Shown here piece by piece: positions 1-14,016 of a DNA stretch of 64,000 bases. This DNA is from Eledone cirrhosa (lineage: Eukaryota). The notes under the pieces were generated by a model. It saw only the letters and a list, made by a program, of their open reading frames with translations. It searched no databases and was not told where the DNA came from. A program made the position numbers and the translations under genes. Each line of letters opens with the position of its first letter. The stretch's first letter is position 1. The stretch is from the NCBI GenBank assembly GCA_964016885.1, contig OZ024764.1, positions 29,202,001 to 29,266,000 of the forward strand, given 5' to 3'.

Positions 1-553
1 TTTCAGTTCAAACCAGCCATATCTGGTCAGAATTCTCTCACCTCTTTCAGTTCAAACCGGCCATAACTGGCCAGAATTCTCTCACCTCTTTCAGTTCAAA
101 CCAGCCATATCCGGCCAGAATTCTCTCACCTCTTTCAGTTCAAACCAGCCATAACTGGTCTGAATTCTCTCACCTCTTTCAGTTCAAACCGGCCATAACT
201 GGCCAGAATTCTCTCACCTCTTTCAGTTCAAACCAGCCATATCTGGCCAGAATTCTCTCACCTCTTTCAGTTCAAACCAGCCATAACTGGTCAGAATTCT
301 CTCACCTCTTTCTGTTCAAACCAGCCATATCTGGCCAGAATTCTCTCACCTCTTTCAGTTCAAACCGGCCATATCTGGTCAGAATTCTCTCACCTCTTTC
401 AGTTCAAACCGGCCATATCTGGTCAGAATTCTTTCACCTCTTTCAGTTCAAACCAGCCATAACTCGTCAGAATTCTCTCACCTCTTTCAGTTCAAACCGG
501 CCATAACTGGCCAGAATTCTCTCACCTCTTTCTGTTCAAACCGGCCATAACTG
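1..553 (+). repeat. 44-bp tandem array derived from the left part of MITE A
   Basis: Unit TTTCAGTTCAAACCAGCCATATCTGGTCAGAATTCTCTCACCTC, about 12 copies; single-copy equivalent at 40035-40090. Confidence 0.9.
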
Positions 554-599
554 GCTGCTTATACTGATGTAAATAAATATCAAAATCTCCTAGATTCAA

Positions 600-2088
600 T
601 ATTATGTGAGGTAAAGCCTTTACTGTGACAATACAATAGTTTATATAGAGTAATGTAAATGTTATGTGAGATATTATGTGAGGTAAAGCCTTTACTGTGA
701 AAATACAATAGTATATATAGAGTAATGTAAATGTTATGTGAGATATTATGTGAGGTAAAGCCTTTACTGTGACAATACAATAGTATATATAGAGTAATGT
801 AAATGTTATGTGAGATATGTGAGGTAAAGCCTTTACTGTGAAAATACAATAGTGTATATAGAGTAATGTAAATGTTATGTGAGATATTTTGTGAGGTAAA
901 GCCTTTACTGTGAAAATACAATAGTATATATAGAGTAATGTAAATGTTTTGTGAGGTATTATGTGAGGTAAAGCCTTTACTGTGAAAATACAATAGTATA
1001 TATAGAGTAATGTAAATGTTTTGTGAGATATTATGTGAGGTAAAGCCTTTACTGTGACAATACAATAGTCTATATAGAGTAATGTAAATGTTATGTGAGA
1101 TATTATGTGAGGTAAAGCCTTTACTGTGAAAATACAATAGTATATATAGAGTAATGTAAATGTTATGTGAGATATTATGTGAGGTAAAGCCTTTACTGTG
1201 ACAATACAATAGTATATATAGAGTAATGTAAATGTTATGTGAGATATTATGTGAGGTAAAGCCTTTACTGTGACGATACAATAGTATATATAGAGTAATG
1301 TAAATGTTATGTGAGATATTATGTGAGGTAAAGCCTTTACTGTGGAAATACAATAGTATATATAGAGTAATGTAAATGTTTTGTGAGGTATTATGTGAGG
1401 TAAAGCCTTTACTGTGAAAATACAATAGTATATATAGAGTAATGTAAATGATATGTGGGATATTATGTGAGGTAAAGCCTTTACTGTGAAAATACAATAG
1501 TATATATAGACTAATGTAAATGTTATGTGAGATATTATGTGAGGTAAAGCCTCTACTGTGAAAATACAATAGTATATATAGACTAATGTAAATGTTATGT
1601 GAGATATTATGTGAGGTAAAGCCTCTACTGTGAAAATACAATAGTATATATAGAGTAATGTAAATGTTATGTGAGATATTATGTGAGGTAAAGCCTCTAC
1701 TGTGAAAATACAATAGTATATATAGAGTAATGAAGGGCGGTGGATTGGCAGTATCGGTAGAGGGTCGGACACCATGCTTTCCAGCATAGTTACGTCCCTT
1801 TACGATCTGAGTTCAAATCCCGCCGAGGTTGACTTTGCCTTTCATCCTTACGGGGTCGATAAAATAAAGTACCAGTAATGCACTGGGTAATTGCTGGCCT
1901 TGTGCCTAAAGTAGAAACAAGTATATATAGAGTAATGTAAATGTTATGTGAGATATTATGTGAGGTAAAGCCTTTACTGTGAAAATACAATAGTATATAT
2001 AGAGTAATGTAAATGTTATGTGAGATATTATGTGAGGTAAAGCCTTTACTGTGAAAATACAATAGTATATATAGAGTAATGTAAATGT
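600..2088 (+). repeat. 72-bp tandem array of MITE A, interrupted by a tRNA-SINE at about 1735-1919
   Basis: Unit ATTATGTGAGGTAAAGCCTTTACTGTGAAAATACAATAGTATATATAGAGTAATGTAAATGTTATGTGAGAT. Confidence 0.9.
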
Positions 2089-2375
2089 TTAACAACAAAC
2101 ACTACCACTACATCACCACCACTGCACCAACACCACACCACCACCACTATCACTACACCACCACCACTGCACCAACACCACACCACCACCACTATCACCA
2201 CACCACCACCACCACTACATCACCACCACTATCACTACACCACCACCACTGCACCAACACCACACCACCACCACCACTACCACTACATCACCACACCAAC
2301 ACCACACCACCACCACCACCACTGCACCAACACCACACCACCACTGCCATCATGTCTCTGTTTGGTCTATTTCAG

Positions 2376-2606
2376 CGTCGCAGGTGTCGTCGTTAACAGA
2401 GGCGGTGCACAGTCAGTCGAGCGACTGCCAACAATATGTGCAGCGTATCAAACAGTTGGAACAGCAGTTGCTGCACTTGCTGCAGCAGGACAGCACGCAA
2501 CAGAACCAGCAGAAAATACTGCAACAACAACAGCTGCAGCAACTGCAACAACACAGCTCTCTACTGCGCCAGAGTGCAGCAGAGGTCAGCCTTGCAGCAC
2601 ATTCAG
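2376..2606 (+). CDS. BEN gene exon (Gln-rich coiled coil)
   Basis: tttcag|CG acceptor, CAG|gtaatt donor; [32 protein letters not shown]... Confidence 0.75.
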
Positions 2607-5600
2607 GTAATTGTTGTCATTGGGGCTGTGGCCATGCTGGGGCACTGCCTTTTACTGTGGCCATGCTGGGGCACTGCCTTTTACTGTGGCCATGCTGGGG
2701 CACTCCCTTTTACTGTGGCCATGCTGGGGCACTGCCTTTTACTGTGGCCATGCTGGGGCACTCCCTTTTACTGTGGCCATGCTGGGGCACTCCCTTTTAC
2801 TGGCTTCAGTCATTAGACTGTGGCCATGCTGGGGCACTGCCTTTTACTGTGGCCATGCTGGGGCACTGCCTTTTACTGTGGCCATGCTGGGGCACTGCCT
2901 TTTACTGTGGCCATGCTGGGGCACTGCCTTTTACTGTGGCCATGCTGGGGCACTGCCTTTTACTGTGGCCATGCTGGGGCACTGCCTTTTACTGTGGCCA
3001 TGCTGGGGCACTCCCTTTTACTGGCTTCAGTCATTAGACTGTGGCCATGCTGGGGCACTGCCTTTTACTGTGGCCATGCTGGGGCACTCCCTTTTACTGT
3101 GGCCATGCTGGGGCACTGCCTTTTACTGTGGCCATGCTGGGGCACTCCCTTTTACTGTGGCCATGCTGGGGCACTGCCTTTTACTGTGGCCATGCTGGGG
3201 CACTGCCTTTTACTGTGGCCATGCTGGGGCACTCCCTTTTACTGTGGCCATGCTGGGGCACTGCCTTTTACTGTGGCCATGCTGGGGCACTGCCTTTTAC
3301 TGTGGCCATGCTGGGGCACTGCCTTTTACTGTGGCCATGCTGGGGCACTGCCTTTTACTGTGGCCATGCTGGGGCACTGCCTTTTACTGTGGCCATGCTG
3401 GGGCACTGCCTTTTACTGTGGCCATGCTGGGGCACTGCCTTTTACTGTGGCCATGCTGGGGCACTCCCTTTTACTGTGGCCATGCTGGGGCACTGCCTTT
3501 TACTGTGGCCATGCTGGGGCACTGCCTTTTACTGTGGCCATGCTGGGGCACTGCCTTTTACTGTGGCCATGCTGGGGCACTGCCTTTTACTGTGGCCATG
3601 CTGGGGCACTGCCTTTTACTGTGGCCATGCTGGGGCACTGCCTTTTACTGTGGCCATGCTGGGGCACTCCCTTTTACTGTGGCCATGCTGGGGCACTGCC
3701 TTTTACTGTGGCCATGCTGGGGCACTGCCTTTTACTGTGGCCATGCTGGGGCACTCCCTTTTACTGTGGCCATGCTGGGGCACTGCCTTTTACTGTGGCC
3801 ATGCTGGGGCACTGCCTTTTACTGTGGCCATGCTGGGGCACTGCCTTTTACTGTGGCCATGCTGGGGCACTGCCTTTTACTGTGGCCATGCTGGGGCACT
3901 GCCTTTTACTGTGGCCATGCTGGGGCACTCCCTTTTACTGTGGCCATGCTGGGGCACTCCCTTTTACTGGCTTCACTCATTAGACTGTGGCCATGCTGGG
4001 GCACTGCCTTTTACTGTGGCCATGCTGGGGCACTGCCTTTTACTGTGGCCATGCTGGGGCACTGCCTTTTACTGTGGCCATGCTGGGGCACTCCCTTTTA
4101 CTGTGGCCATGCTGGGGCACTGCCTTTTACTGTGGCCATGCTGGGGCACTCCCTTTTACTGTGGCCATGCTGGGGCACTCCCTTTTACTGTGGCCATGCT
4201 GGGGCACTGCCTTTTACTGTGGCCATGCTGGGGCACTGCCTTTTACTGTGGCCATGCTGGGGCACTGCCTTTTACTGTGGCCATGCTGGGGCACTGCCTT
4301 TTACTGTGGCCATGCTGGGGCACTGCCTTTTACTGTGGCCATGCTGGGGCACTCCCTTTTACTGGCTTCAGTCATTAGACTGTGGCCATGCTGGGGCACT
4401 CCCATTACTGGTTTCAGTCATTAGACTGTGGCCATGCTGGGGCACTCCCATTACTGGTTTCAGTCATTAGACTGTGGCCATGCTGGGGCACTCCCATTAC
4501 TGGTTCCAGTCATTAGACAGCCCGTCCTACACATGCTAGCATGGAAGATGGATGTTAAATGATGATGAATGATTATATATATACATACACCACATACAGT
4601 CCTGTGTGTATATATATATATATCATCATCATCATCAACGTTTAACGTCCGTGTTCCACGCTTGCATGGGTTTGGACGGGGGTAGTCCCACTTGAGGCAA
4701 GAGTGATTGTCTTGCTCGCATAGGACTGTCTGGCAGGTTTTCTACAGCTGGATGCCCTTCCTAACACCAACCACATTTACAGTGTGGGGCTGGGAGGTTT
4801 TTACCGTGTTGCCTACACGGCCACATTACAGCATGGACTGTGTTTTTTTGTCGTGACACCTACACGATCTCATTTGTTTCGGCCTGGATGGTGTGGCACC
4901 AACATAACTTTACATAGAACGGGGTGGGGGTGGTGGTGGTGGGACGGGGGGGGGGGGGGGGTATTTATATATATGTATATATATATGTGTGTGTGTGTGT
5001 TTATACTACCCTATGCTATCATACCTCTATATTTTACAGACCTACCACAATATAGTTCTCCGATCACATATGAGTTTGGAAGACCCCGAGCTGGTTTCGG
5101 GATCAGTAAAACTGTTGTTGACAAATATAAGGTAATGTGATCAATATATGGTAATTATTCAATATTTAATCAATATAGGATAATATGTAATCAACCGGCT
5201 GAAGAGTTCCTCTGAACGGTTTTTAGAGTAATATTACTTGATAGAGTACGTAGCTCGGAGATCAGAAAGTTACTCCAGGAAGTGGCGCTACTTCTCTGAA
5301 TTGAGAGACCACAGCTCTGATACTACAGACATGTGGTTAGAATGTCTGAGGAAAGAATCTCTCAATTGAGAGATCACAGCTCTGATACTACAGACATGTG
5401 GGTAGAATGTCTGAGGAAAGAATCTCTAAATTGAGAGATCACAGCTCTGATACTACAGACATGTGGTTAGAATGTCTGAGGAAAGAATCTCTGAATTGAG
5501 AGATCACAGCTCTGATACTACAGACATGTGGTTAGAATGTCTGAGGAAAGAACCTCTGAATTGAGAGACCACAGCTCTGATACTACAGACATGTGGGTAG

Positions 5601-7634
5601 AATGTCTGAGGAAAGAATCTCTAAATTGAGAGATCACAGCTCTGATACTACAGACATGTGGTTAGAATGTCTGAGGAAAGAATCTCTGAATTGAGAGATC
5701 ACAGCTCTGATACTACAGACATGTGGTTAGAATGTCTGAGGAAAGAACCTCTGAATTGAGAGACCACAGCTCTGATACTACAGACATGTGGTTAGAATGT
5801 CTGAGGAAAGAATCTCTAAATTGAGAGATCACAGCTCTGATACTACAGACATGTGGTTAGAATGTCTGAGGAAAGAATCTCTGAATTGAGAGATCACAGC
5901 TCTGATACTACAGACATGTGGTTAGAATGTCTGAGGAAAGAACCTCTGAATTGAGAGACCACAGCTCTGATACTACAGACATGTGGGTAGAATGTCTGAG
6001 GAAAGAATCTCTAAATTGAGAGATCACAGCTCTGATACTACAGACATGTGGTTAGAATGTCTGAGGAAAGAATCTCTGAATTGAGAGATCACAGCTCTGA
6101 TACTACAGACATGTGGTTAGAACGTCTGAGGAAAGAATCTCTAAATTGAGAGATCACAGCTCTGATACTACAGACATGTGGTTAGAATGTCTGAGGAAAG
6201 AATCTCTGAATTGAGAGATCACAGCTCTGATACTACAGACATGTGGTTAGAATGTCTCAGGAAAGAATCTCTAAATTGAGAGATCACAGCTCTGATACTA
6301 CAGACATGTGGTTAGAATGTCTGAGGAAAGAATCTCTGAATTGAGAGATCACAGCTCTGATACTACAGACATGTGGTTAGAATGTCTGAGGAAAGAATCT
6401 CTGAATTGAGAGATCACAGCTCTGATACTACAGACATGTGGTTAGAATGTCTGAGGAAAGAATCTCTGAATTGAGAGATCACAGCTCTGATACTACAGAC
6501 ATGTGGTTAGAATGTCTGAGGAAAGAATCTCTGAATTGAGAGATCACAGCTCTGATACTACAGACATGTGGTTAGAATGTCTGAGGAAAGAATCTCCAGA
6601 TTGAGAGATCACAGCTCTGATACTACAGACATGTGGTTAGAATGTCTGAGGAAAGAATCTCTGAATTGAGAGATCACAGCTCTGATACTACAGACATGTG
6701 GTTAGAATGTCTGAGGAAAGAACCTCTGAATTGAGAGATCACAGCTCTGATACTACAGACATGTGGTTAGAATGTCTGAGGAAAGAATCTCTGAATTGAG
6801 AGATCACAGCTCTGATACTACAGACATGTGGTTAGAATGTCTGAGGAAAGAATCTCTGAATTGAGAGATCACAGCTCTGATACTACAGACATGTGGTTAG
6901 AATGTCTCAGGAGAGAATCTCTAAGTTGAGAGATCACAGCTCTGATACTACAAACATGTGGTTAGAATGTCTGAGGAAAGAATCTCTAAATTGAGGGATC
7001 ACAGCTCTGATACTACAGACATGTGGTTAGAATGTCTGAGGAAAGAATCTCTAAATTGAGAGACCACAGCTCTGATACTACAGACATTTGGTTAGAATGT
7101 CTCAGGAAAGAATCTCTCATCACCTCTCTTTGTGTCATTGTCAGATGATCGACATAGGTCAAGGGCTGTATGTCCACCCAGATGACTTGGCTGTCGTCCT
7201 CAGCAAGGCCGATGGTCAGAAGATGGTCCGCAAGCTGATGAATATAGTCTTTAAGAAAGAAGACCTGGAGCAAGGGGCCACTCTCTCCCCCACGGGGAAG
7301 GGAAAACTTCTCGATCAAAGAATCGTTGATGTCATGTTGGGTAAGTATTTCTGTCTGTGGTAGTGTATGGGTGGTTGTGTTTATATATATCCGTCTAAAC
7401 CCATGCTAGCATGGAAGATAGATGTTAAACGATGATGATGATATATATATGTGGGTGTCTGTATGTATATATATATATTTGTATGTGCATGTGCCTGTAT
7501 GTATGTGTGTATCTATATATATATGTGTGTATGTGTATATGTATATATATTGTGTATATATATATATATATATATATATACACGTGTGACTATATATATG
7601 TGTCTAAATGTGCGTATTTATAAATATATAATAA

Positions 7635-7672
<38 letters not shown>

Positions 7673-8042
7673 GTGTATATTTGTGTGTGTGTGTGTCTAT
7701 GTATGTGTGTGTCTATATGTGCGTGTATATATATATATATATATATATACACGTGTATATTTGTGTGTCTGTGTATATGTGCGTGTATATATATATATAT
7801 ATATATATATACACGTGTATATTTGTGTGTGTGTGTGTCTATGTATATGTGTGTCTATATGTGCGTGTGTATATATATATATATATATATATACGTGTAT
7901 ATTTGTGTGTGTGTGTGTGTCTATGTATATGTGCGTGTATATATATATATATATATATACACGTGTATATTTGTGTGTGTGTCTATGTATATGTGCGTGT
8001 ATATATATACATATATATACATATATATATACATATATATAC

Positions 8043-8088
<46 letters not shown>

Positions 8089-8185
8089 GTGTATATTTGT
8101 GTGTGTGTGTCTATGTATGTGTGTCTATATGTGCGTGTATATATATATATATATACACGTGTATATTTGTGTCTATATGTGCGTG

Positions 8186-8216
<31 letters not shown>

Positions 8217-8418
8217 GTGTGTATATAAGTTTGTGTCTTTTTATATTCACACGAGTCTCTCTCTTCTCTTGTCATTATGTCACCACCACCGTGAAACAGC
8301 GTGGGTTTTGATGAACCAATCAACCATGTGGAGTCGAGGCAGCTTACGGCAAGCAATCAACCGTAAACTCACCAGTTACAGATGTCGGAGTCTCAAGAAG
8401 AAACATGAAGCCAACTAA
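2376..8418 (+). CDS. BEN-domain protein with Gln-rich coiled coil (BEN-solo type); 3' four coding exons, 5' end outside the window
   Basis: Exons 2376-2606, 5040-5131, 7145-7340 and 8300-8418 join in frame with AG/GT junctions (end phases 1,0,1) and stop TAA at 8416-8418. C-terminus [43 protein letters not shown]...[15 protein letters not shown] fits the BEN pattern. Upstream [16 protein letters not shown] looks like a coiled coil. Confidence 0.8.
2626..4518. repeat. 29-bp minisatellite (about 63 copies)
   Basis: Unit ACTGTGGCCATGCTGGGGCACTGCCTTTT with occasional 17-bp longer units carrying GCTTCAGTCATTAG; single-copy relative at about 39722-39748. Confidence 0.92.
5040..5131 (+). CDS. BEN gene exon
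   Basis: ttttacag|AC acceptor, AAG|gtaatg donor; [31 protein letters not shown]. Confidence 0.75.
5294..7118. repeat. 65-bp minisatellite (about 28 copies)
   Basis: Unit TTGAGAGATCACAGCTCTGATACTACAGACATGTGGTTAGAATGTCTGAGGAAAGAATCTCTGAA. Confidence 0.92.
7145..7340 (+). CDS. BEN gene exon (BEN domain N-part)
   Basis: tgtcag|ATG acceptor, TGG|gtaagt donor; [36 protein letters not shown]... Confidence 0.85.
8300..8418 (+). CDS. BEN gene last coding exon
   Basis: aaacag|CG acceptor; [39 protein letters not shown]. Confidence 0.8.
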
Positions 8419-8499
8419 GGACTTGAAAAACACAACAGAAACTCCTTAAAAAAAAAAAAAAAAAAAAAAACCCTCACCCCACCAAAAATTAAACTTATT

Positions 8500-9630
8500 A
8501 TTATTTGGCAGTATTGATAGAGCATCAGAGACCATGCTTTGCAGCACAGAGTTGTGGCCCTTTACGTTCTGAGTTCAAATCCTGCCAAGGTTAACTTTGC
8601 CTTTCATCCTTATGGGGTCGATAAAATAAAACTGGGGGGGGGGGGGGGGGGGGGGGGTGTACTTGCAGCATAGAGTTATGGCCCTTTACGTTCTGAGTTC
8701 AAATCCTGCCAAGGTTAACTTTGCCTTTCATCCTTATGGGGTCGATAAAATAAAACTGGGGGGGGGGGGTACTTGCAGCATAGAGTTATGGCCCTTTACG
8801 TTCTGAGTTCAAACCCTACTGAGGTTAGCTTTGCCTTTTATCTTTACGGGGTCAATAAAATAAAGTACCAGTAACGTACTGAGGTACTTGCTGTCCTTGG
8901 GCCAAAAGTAGAAACGATTATTATAATTATTATTATAGAGTTACGGCTCTTTACGTTCTGACTTCAAATCCCACCGAGGTTAGCTTTGCCTTTCATCCTG
9001 ACAGGATTGATAAAATAAAGTACCAGTAATACTCTGGGGTTGATTTCATCAACTATCCCTCCTGCCCCTGTGCCTATGCTAGAAATCATTATTACAGGGT
9101 TCATAAAAAAAAGTACCAGTAATACTCTGGGGTTGATTTCATCAACTATCCCCCCCCCCCCCTTCCCCCAAATTGCTGGCCCTGTGCCTATGGTAGAAAT
9201 CATTATTACAGGATTGATAAAATAAAGTACCAGTAATACTCTGGGGTTGATTTCATCAACTATCCCCCCCTGCCCCCAAATTGCTGGCCCTGTGCCTATG
9301 GTAGAAATCATTATTACAGGATTGATAAAATAAAGTACCAGTAATAATCTGGGGTTGATTTAATCGACTCCCCCCCCCCTCTCTCATCACCCTCAAAATT
9401 GCTGGCCTTGTGCCTATATCAAAAACCATTATTATTATTATTATTGGCTAATTGGCAGAAGGTCGGACGCCATGCTTTGCAGCATAGAGTTACGGCCCTT
9501 ACCATTCTGAGTTCAAATCCCGCCGAGGTTAACTTTGCCTTTCATCCTTACAGGGTCGATAAAATAAAGTACCAGTAATACACTGGGTAATTGCTGGCCT
9601 TGTGCCAAGAGTAGAGACAATTATTATTAA
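8500..9630 (+). mobile_element. Cluster of partial and tandemly duplicated tRNA-SINE (family 1) segments with poly-G and poly-C runs
   Basis: Repeated GAGTTCAAATCC...TTTGCCTTTCATCCTTACGGGGTCGATAAAATAAAGTACCAGT. Confidence 0.8.
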
Positions 9631-9787
9631 CTTTTTTGTAATAAAATCTTGACCAAACGAAGTAAAAAAAAAAAAAAAAAAAAAAGCGATCGCATTTACA
9701 GAGGAAAATATAAAAATGATTTTATTTTTGAATCTTCTTCAAAGTTGTTATTCTTTATATACTTCTTTTAATGTTTTACTGGATTAA

Positions 9788-11186
9788 CCCTTTAGTATTT
9801 AAACCCACCCTATCCGGCCAGAATCCCCCCACCTCTTTCTGTTCAAACCAGCCATAACTTGCCACTCATACTAATGTTACCTTATTGTTCTCAAAATAAG
9901 TAACATCAAAATCTCATGGATTCAATATTATGTGTGATAAAGACTTTACTGTGAAAATACAATAGTAAGTATAGAGCATCATCATCATCATCATCATCAT
10001 TTTGCGTCCGCTTTTCCTGCTTGCAAGGGTGGGACGGGAACTGATTCTGGCTCGATTTCTACAGCTGGATGCCCTTCCTAACACCAACCTCATTTACAGT
10101 GAGTGCTGGGTGCTTTTTTGCCGTGGCACCTCCACGACCACTTTGTAGTGGAATGATAGGGACCTCAGTCCCTATCATCTCATTTCTACAGCTGAGTAAA
10201 CTGGAGCAATGTGAAATAAAGTGTCTTGCTCAAGGAAACAACACATCACCCGGTCTGAGAATTGAACTCACAACCTTTCGATTGCAAGGCCAATGCTCTA
10301 ACCACTAAGCCATGTGCCTCCATTGATGATATATATATATATATCATCATCATCATCATCAGCGTTTTACGTCCATTCTTCCACGCTAGCATGGGTTAGA
10401 CAGGTTGTCCTGTTATGGGCAGTGTCCGGTCAGGTGACCTTGTCTTGCTCATACAGGAACTGATTCTGGCTTGATTTCTACAGCTGGATGCCCTTCCTAA
10501 CACCAACCTCATTTACAGTGAGTGCTGGGTGCTTTTTTGCCGTGGCACCCCCACGACCACTTTAGTGTGGGCTGGGTGTTTTTTTGCCGTGGAATGATAG
10601 GGACTGGGGTCCCTACTGAGCAAACTGGAGCAATGTGAAATAAAGTGTCTTGCTCAAGGAAACAACACATCACCCGGTCTGAGAATTGAACTCACAACCT
10701 TTCGATTGCAAGGCCAATGCTCTAACCACTAAGCCATGTGCCTCCATTGATGATATATATATATATATCATCATCATCATCATCAGCGTTTTACGTCCAT
10801 TCTTCCACGCTAGCATGGGTTAGACAGGTTGTCCTGTTATGGGCAGTGTCCGGTCAGGTGACCTTGTCTTGCTCATACAGGAACTGATTCTGGCTTGATT
10901 TCTACAGCTGGATGCCCTTCCTAACACCAACCTCATTTACAGTGAGTGCTGGGTGCTTTTTTGCCGTGGCACCCCCACGACCACTTTAGTGTGGGCTGGG
11001 TGTTTTTTTGCCGTGGAATGATAGGGACTGGGGTCCCTACTGAGCAAACTGGAGCAATGTGAAATAAAGTGTCTTGCTCAAGGAAACAACACATCACCCG
11101 GTCTGAGAATTGAACTCAACCTTTCGATTGCAAGGCCAATGCTCTAACCACTAAGCCATGTGCCTCCATATGTAAATGCTAAAGGG
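9788..11186 (+). mobile_element. piggyBac-like MITE family A interrupted by three tandem SINEs (about 9977-11168, minus strand)
   Basis: Left end TTAA|CCCTTTAG at 9784, right end ATGCTAAAGGG|TTAA at 11190; the SINE block lies between. Confidence 0.75.
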
Positions 11187-11518
11187 TTAAAAGTAACTTG
11201 ATATATATATGTTACTATATATATATATACACATATACATGGTCACCCGACCAATCTTGCCTCAAGTGGGATGGGACAATTCCCGTCTAACCCATGCTGG
11301 CGTGGAAGATAGATGTTAAACAATGATGATGATGATGATTTAATTAGAAAGTGAACACAAAATATAACTACTCCATTACCAAAGGTTTCTGGATCCCAGA
11401 CAATAATAATATGCGTCTGGATCAGTCGTCAGACAGAGATGTTGTTCACTTTGTAATTAAATAGCTCTGTTTATACATAGAGCACTCTTTTCCTTTGCTC
11501 TTCCTTCAGAATTACCTA

Positions 11519-11549
<31 letters not shown>

Positions 11550-12679
11550 GAATCAAATCATCAAATATGTTTAGAATTTTGTGTTTCTCAATAAGCAAGC
11601 TCAATAGACTTTATCTAGAGCTATAATAACCAAATTAAAAGATATATATATAGAGAGAGAGAGCCATATATCTACAAGAAACTCTGTATATTGTATATAT
11701 ACCAAATACATGTATTTGGTATATATACAATATACCCTTTTTTATACGATATATGACTCTTTTTCATTTGGTTATATCATCGTTTAACGTCTATCTTCCA
11801 CACTAGCATGGGTTAGACGGGAGTTGTCCCACTTGAGGCAAAGTTGGTCAGGTGACTTGTGTCTCGCTTGTATAAGACTATCTGACAGGTTTTCTACGGC
11901 TGGATGCCCTTCCTAACGCCAACTACATTTACAGTGTGGACTGGGAGGTTTTTACCGTGTTACCTACATGGCCACATTACAGTGTATAATTTGTGTTATT
12001 TTGTCGTGACACCTACACGATCTCGATCTCATTATCTCATTTATTTGGACTGGATGTTGTGGTACCAACTTTACAGAGAGAGGGTGGTGTTGGTGAGAGT
12101 GGGAGGATGGAGGAGCGGTAGTTGGTTGAGGTGTATATTTGGTTAAGAGGTGCCTACTGACTGTAGGTTTCGCTTTGTACATAGTCAAGGTGGGTCTTTT
12201 GTATTACTGCGTAGCGCCAAAGATCTCGGTCCAGTGACATATATATATATATATATATATAGACGTGTAGGCGCCACGGAAAAAAAGCACCCAGCACTCA
12301 CTGTAAATGAGGTTGGTGTTAGGAAGGGCATCCGGCTGTACAAAAAAAAGCCAGAATCAGTTCTGTATGAGCAAGACATGCTCACCGGACCTGGCATTGC
12401 CAACAACGGCACAACTCGTCTAACCCATGGTAACGTGGAAGAATGGATGTAAAACGGTGATGATGATGATGTGATAAATACAAAGACTAAAATCGAGAGA
12501 GGACTTAATAATTTGAAAAATGATTTGTTAACCCTTTAGCATTTAAACCAGCCGCAACCGGCCAGAATTATCTCACCTCTTCCTGTTCAAACCGGATGCT
12601 TAAGGTTTCCCCTTAAAAAAAATTGTTTCTGTTTTGCTTTCTTTTCATTCATTGTCCTCTGTTAATTTTCCTAAGTTTA

Positions 12680-12686
12680 TATATAT

Positions 12687-12717
<31 letters not shown>

Positions 12718-13062
12718 GATATAGATATATATAGATATAGATATAGATATATATATAGATATATATAGATAGAGATATATAGATATAGATATATATATAG
12801 ATAGAGATATATAGATATATATTTAGATATATAGATATATATTTAGATATAGATATATATATATAGAGAGATATATATATATATAGAGATATATATATAG
12901 AGATATATATATATATAGAGATATATATATATATAGAGATATATATATATATAGAGATATATATATATATAGATATATATATATATATATAGAGATATAT
13001 ATATATATAGAGATATATATATATATAGAGATATATATATATATAGAGATATATATATATAT

Positions 13063-13099
<37 letters not shown>

Positions 13100-13368
13100 T
13101 ATATATATATATATATAGAGATATATATATATATATATAGATATATATATATATATATATAGATATATATATATATATAGAGAGATATATATATATATAT
13201 AGAGAGATATATATATATATATAGAGAGATATATATATATATATAGAGAGATATATATATATATATAGAGAGATATATATATATATAGAGAGATATATAT
13301 ATAGAGATATAGATATATATATAGAGATATAGATATATATATAGAGATATAGATATATATATATATAT

Positions 13369-13417
<49 letters not shown>

Positions 13418-13959
13418 TATATATATATATAGAGATATATATATATATATAGAGAGATATATATATATATATATAGAGATATATATATATATAGAGAGAG
13501 ATATATATATATATATAGAGAGATATATATATATATAGAGAGATATATATATATAGAGAGATATATATATATATAGAGAGATATATATATATATATATAG
13601 ATATATATATATATATATATAGAGAGATATATATATAGAGATATATATATATAGAGATATATATATATATAGAGAGATATATATATATATAGAGAGATAT
13701 ATATATATAGAGAGAGATATATATATATATAGAGAGATATATATATATATAGAGAGATATATATATATATAGAGAGATATATATATATAGAGAGAGATAT
13801 ATATATATATAGAGATATATATATATATATAGAGAGATATATATATATATAGAGAGATATATATATATATATAGATATATATATATATATATAGAGATAT
13901 ATATCATGATGATGATGATATATATATATATATAGATATATATATATATATATATATAT

Positions 13960-14016
<57 letters not shown>

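Noticed and set aside
522-4470. Long repetitive ORFs (421, 377, 619, 387, 445 aa)
   Set aside because: Translations of the 72-bp and 29-bp tandem arrays, open in several frames and intronic.
8448-8470. A-tract after the BEN stop (also at 9665) suggesting a retrocopy
   Set aside because: The gene has introns; these are genomic homopolymers.
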